Below, piece by piece: positions 63,615 through 64,000 of a DNA stretch of 64,000 nt. Where the stretch lies: the NCBI GenBank assembly GCA_038087875.1, contig CM076001.1, positions 64,001-128,000 of the forward strand, in the 5' to 3' direction. Position 1 is the stretch's first letter. Each line of letters opens with the position of its first letter. Source of the DNA: Malacoraja senta. Lineage: Eukaryota. The position numbers were made by a program, and so were the translations under genes. Below the pieces are notes generated by a model, which did not search any database, was not told the DNA's origin, and saw only the letters and a list, made by a program, of their open reading frames with translations.

Positions 63615-64000
63615 CTATTTAAGATAGTTATGGATAGGGACGGAGAGGGTCCACGTGTTAAAATGCTCAACTGGGATAAGGCCAACTTTGAGGGTATGAG
63701 AGAAGGTCTCACTCAAGTTGACTGGAGCAGGTTATTAGATGGGAAAGGAACATCTGCCAAGTGGGATGTTTTTCTAAGTGTACTAAAGAAAGCTCTGGAT
63801 GTGTACGTCCCCGTTAGAGTGAAGGGCAAAGCAGGGAAACATAAGGAAGCTTGGCTGACGAGGGAAATTGACACATTAGTCAAAAACAAGAAGGATGTAT
63901 GGGACAGATATAGGCAGCTGGGATCAAGGGCTTCACTGGAGGAGTTTTGGGACCTAAGGAGTAAACTGAAAAAGGAAATCAGAAGGGCAAAAAGGGGCCA
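63615..64000 (+). mobile_element. CR1 LINE ORF2 fragment running off the window end
   Basis: Closely matches the CR1 at 20163-20540. Confidence 0.85.

Overview
Eukaryotic, repeat-saturated vertebrate DNA. HE1-type V-SINEs, CR1, Rex1 and Penelope families point to a cartilaginous fish, probably a skate or ray (inference). No host protein-coding exon could be identified with confidence. The window is a stack of nested mobile elements: several CR1 LINEs; Rex1/Babar and RTE fragments; Penelope-like elements whose tails carry a hammerhead-like motif; a full-length decayed DIRS1 element with intact ITR/ICR ends (6200-10945); a young full-length Gypsy with near-identical LTRs (32190-37766); a truncated minus-strand Gypsy; an ERV env+LTR remnant; and hAT and Harbinger-type non-autonomous DNA transposons. 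The most unusual items are (i) a compound Helitron array (40936-44440) whose junctions suggest self-nested insertion that built a (TCTA)n microsatellite, (ii) a TIR element carrying a Spindlin/Tudor-like coding remnant (61371-62920), and (iii) GC-rich non-coding retroelements sharing a 5' module but with different LINE-type tails. Family assignments come from motif recognition by eye, not database searches.
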